From: Candidatus Methanomethylophilaceae archaeon | GTDB lineage: Archaea; Thermoplasmatota; Thermoplasmata; Methanomassiliicoccales; Methanomethylophilaceae | NCBI GenBank assembly: GCA_050944155.1 | Contig: JBMNQN010000002.1 | Coordinates: forward strand, 1-64,000 | DNA length: 64,000 nucleotides | Direction of reading: 5' to 3' | Part shown: piece after piece, positions 63,017-64,000 of the stretch | Position numbering within the stretch: the first letter of the stretch is position 1 | Layout of the letters: every line of letters begins with the position of its first letter | The notes under the pieces: model-generated | Seen by the model: only the letters and a program-made list of their open reading frames with translations | Databases searched by the model: none | Told to the model about the DNA's origin: nothing | Position numbers and translations under genes: made by a program

Positions 63017-63900
63017 CCGCAGACGAGCTTTCCAAACTCAGAAAGGCGGGACGGGTAGCCGGCGAGGCCAGGGAAATAGGCCTTAATATGGTGAAACCCG
63101 GAGCGAAAGTTTACGACATAGCCCAGGAAGTCGAAGGCTACATACGCTCCCACGGCTGCGGTCTGGCATTTCCGTGCAACATAAGCATAAACGAAGTTGC
63201 CGCCCATTACACCCCCTCCGTAAACGATAAAAAAACCATCGAGGCGGGAGACGTAGTCAAGGTGGACTGCGGAGCCCATCTCGACGGCTTGGTCGGCGAC
63301 ACCGCCGGCACCGCCGAAGCCGGAACGTCCGCTTACACCCAACTCATACGCGCGTCCAGGGAGGCCAGGGACACCGTCGCGGAATTCATCGGAAACGGAA
63401 CGCCTCTTTCCGAAATCGGAAGAGCCGTGGAAATGACCATAAAATCCGAAGGTTTCGTACCCGTGAAGAATCTCTGCGGCCACCAGATAGACAGATACAA
63501 CCTTCATGCCGGTCTGTCCGTACCCAACTACGACGACGGAGACGGAACCATGCTCAACGGGGGCATGGTCGTCGCAATCGAACCTTTTGCCACCGACGGC
63601 GTAGGCGAAGTGGTTAACGGAAGGCCCGGAAACATAGTCAGAATACTCAGGGAAAGGGAAATCGAAGATCCCGACGCAAGACAGTTTTTCGAATACGCGA
63701 AAGAAGAATTCAGGACGTTTCCCTTCTGTGCCAGAAGCTGCGATTGGCCCAATGCGGAAAAATACGTAAGCAGGCTGATCAGACGGGGAGTGCTTTCCAG
63801 CTATGCCCAGCTTACGGAAGCGGGAAAAGGCATAGTGACCCAGCACGAACACACCTTCTATATAACCGAGGACAGGGCGGAAGTAACGACTCTTCCGTGA
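63010..63900 (+). CDS. map: Methionine aminopeptidase type II
   Basis: AFPCNIS.N..AAHYTP, D.G.H.DG...DTA, GH, IEPF, QHEHT; TTG start. Confidence 0.96.
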   Translation: MLTADELSKLRKAGRVAGEAREIGLNMVKPGAKVYDIAQEVEGYIRSHGCGLAFPCNISINEVAAHYTPSVNDKKTIEAGDVVKVDCGAHLDGLVGDTAGTAEAGTSAYTQLIRASREARDTVAEFIGNGTPLSEIGRAVEMTIKSEGFVPVKNLCGHQIDRYNLHAGLSVPNYDDGDGTMLNGGMVVAIEPFATDGVGEVVNGRPGNIVRILREREIEDPDARQFFEYAKEEFRTFPFCARSCDWPNAEKYVSRLIRRGVLSSYAQLTEAGKGIVTQHEHTFYITEDRAEVTTLP

Positions 63901-63934
63901 GTTTTATTAACGAAACGTCTTTACGTTCAACTGC

Positions 63935-64000
63935 GCCGGAGTTGCCAAGCCAGGTCAAAGGCGGCAGACTCAAGATCTGTTCCCGCAGGGGTTCGCCGGT
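63935..64000 (+). tRNA. tRNA-Leu(CAA), truncated by window end
   Basis: GCCGGAG-TT-GCCAAGCCAGGTCAAAGGC, GCAGA-CT-CAA-GA-TCTGT, variable arm. Confidence 0.92.

Overview
64 kb of core chromosome from a methanogenic archaeon. The 16S/23S sequences, unlinked rRNA genes and hdrA-mvhDGA point to Methanomassiliicoccales (Thermoplasmata); this assignment is inferred, not searched. I call 62 CDS, 5 tRNAs (one with an intron, one cut by the window edge) and separate 16S and 23S genes. The CDS include the rpl44e-rps27e-aIF2a-nop10-PAC2 operon, the exosome/proteasome superoperon, hdrA-mvhDGA, the str operon, a partial shikimate operon, copZA, an Hhe-like helicase-nuclease, an LRR/MBG adhesin and nifB. 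I found no CRISPR array or transposase. Main signals: (1) by manual check none of the 62 CDS ends in TAG, and a wHTH regulator has an in-frame TAG at codon 4, consistent with TAG=pyrrolysine and possibly an amber-gated regulator; (2) a membrane-anchored RING-like zinc-finger gene is coupled to the head of the Pop5-proteasome-exosome operon; (3) the 23S peptidyl-transferase centre is divergent (C2452U, A2503C, E. coli numbering by eye); (4) 16S, tRNA-Ala(UGC) and 23S keep operon order but are spread over about 23 kb and share promoter motifs. All coordinates were read by hand, and some start codons were moved from the ORF track.
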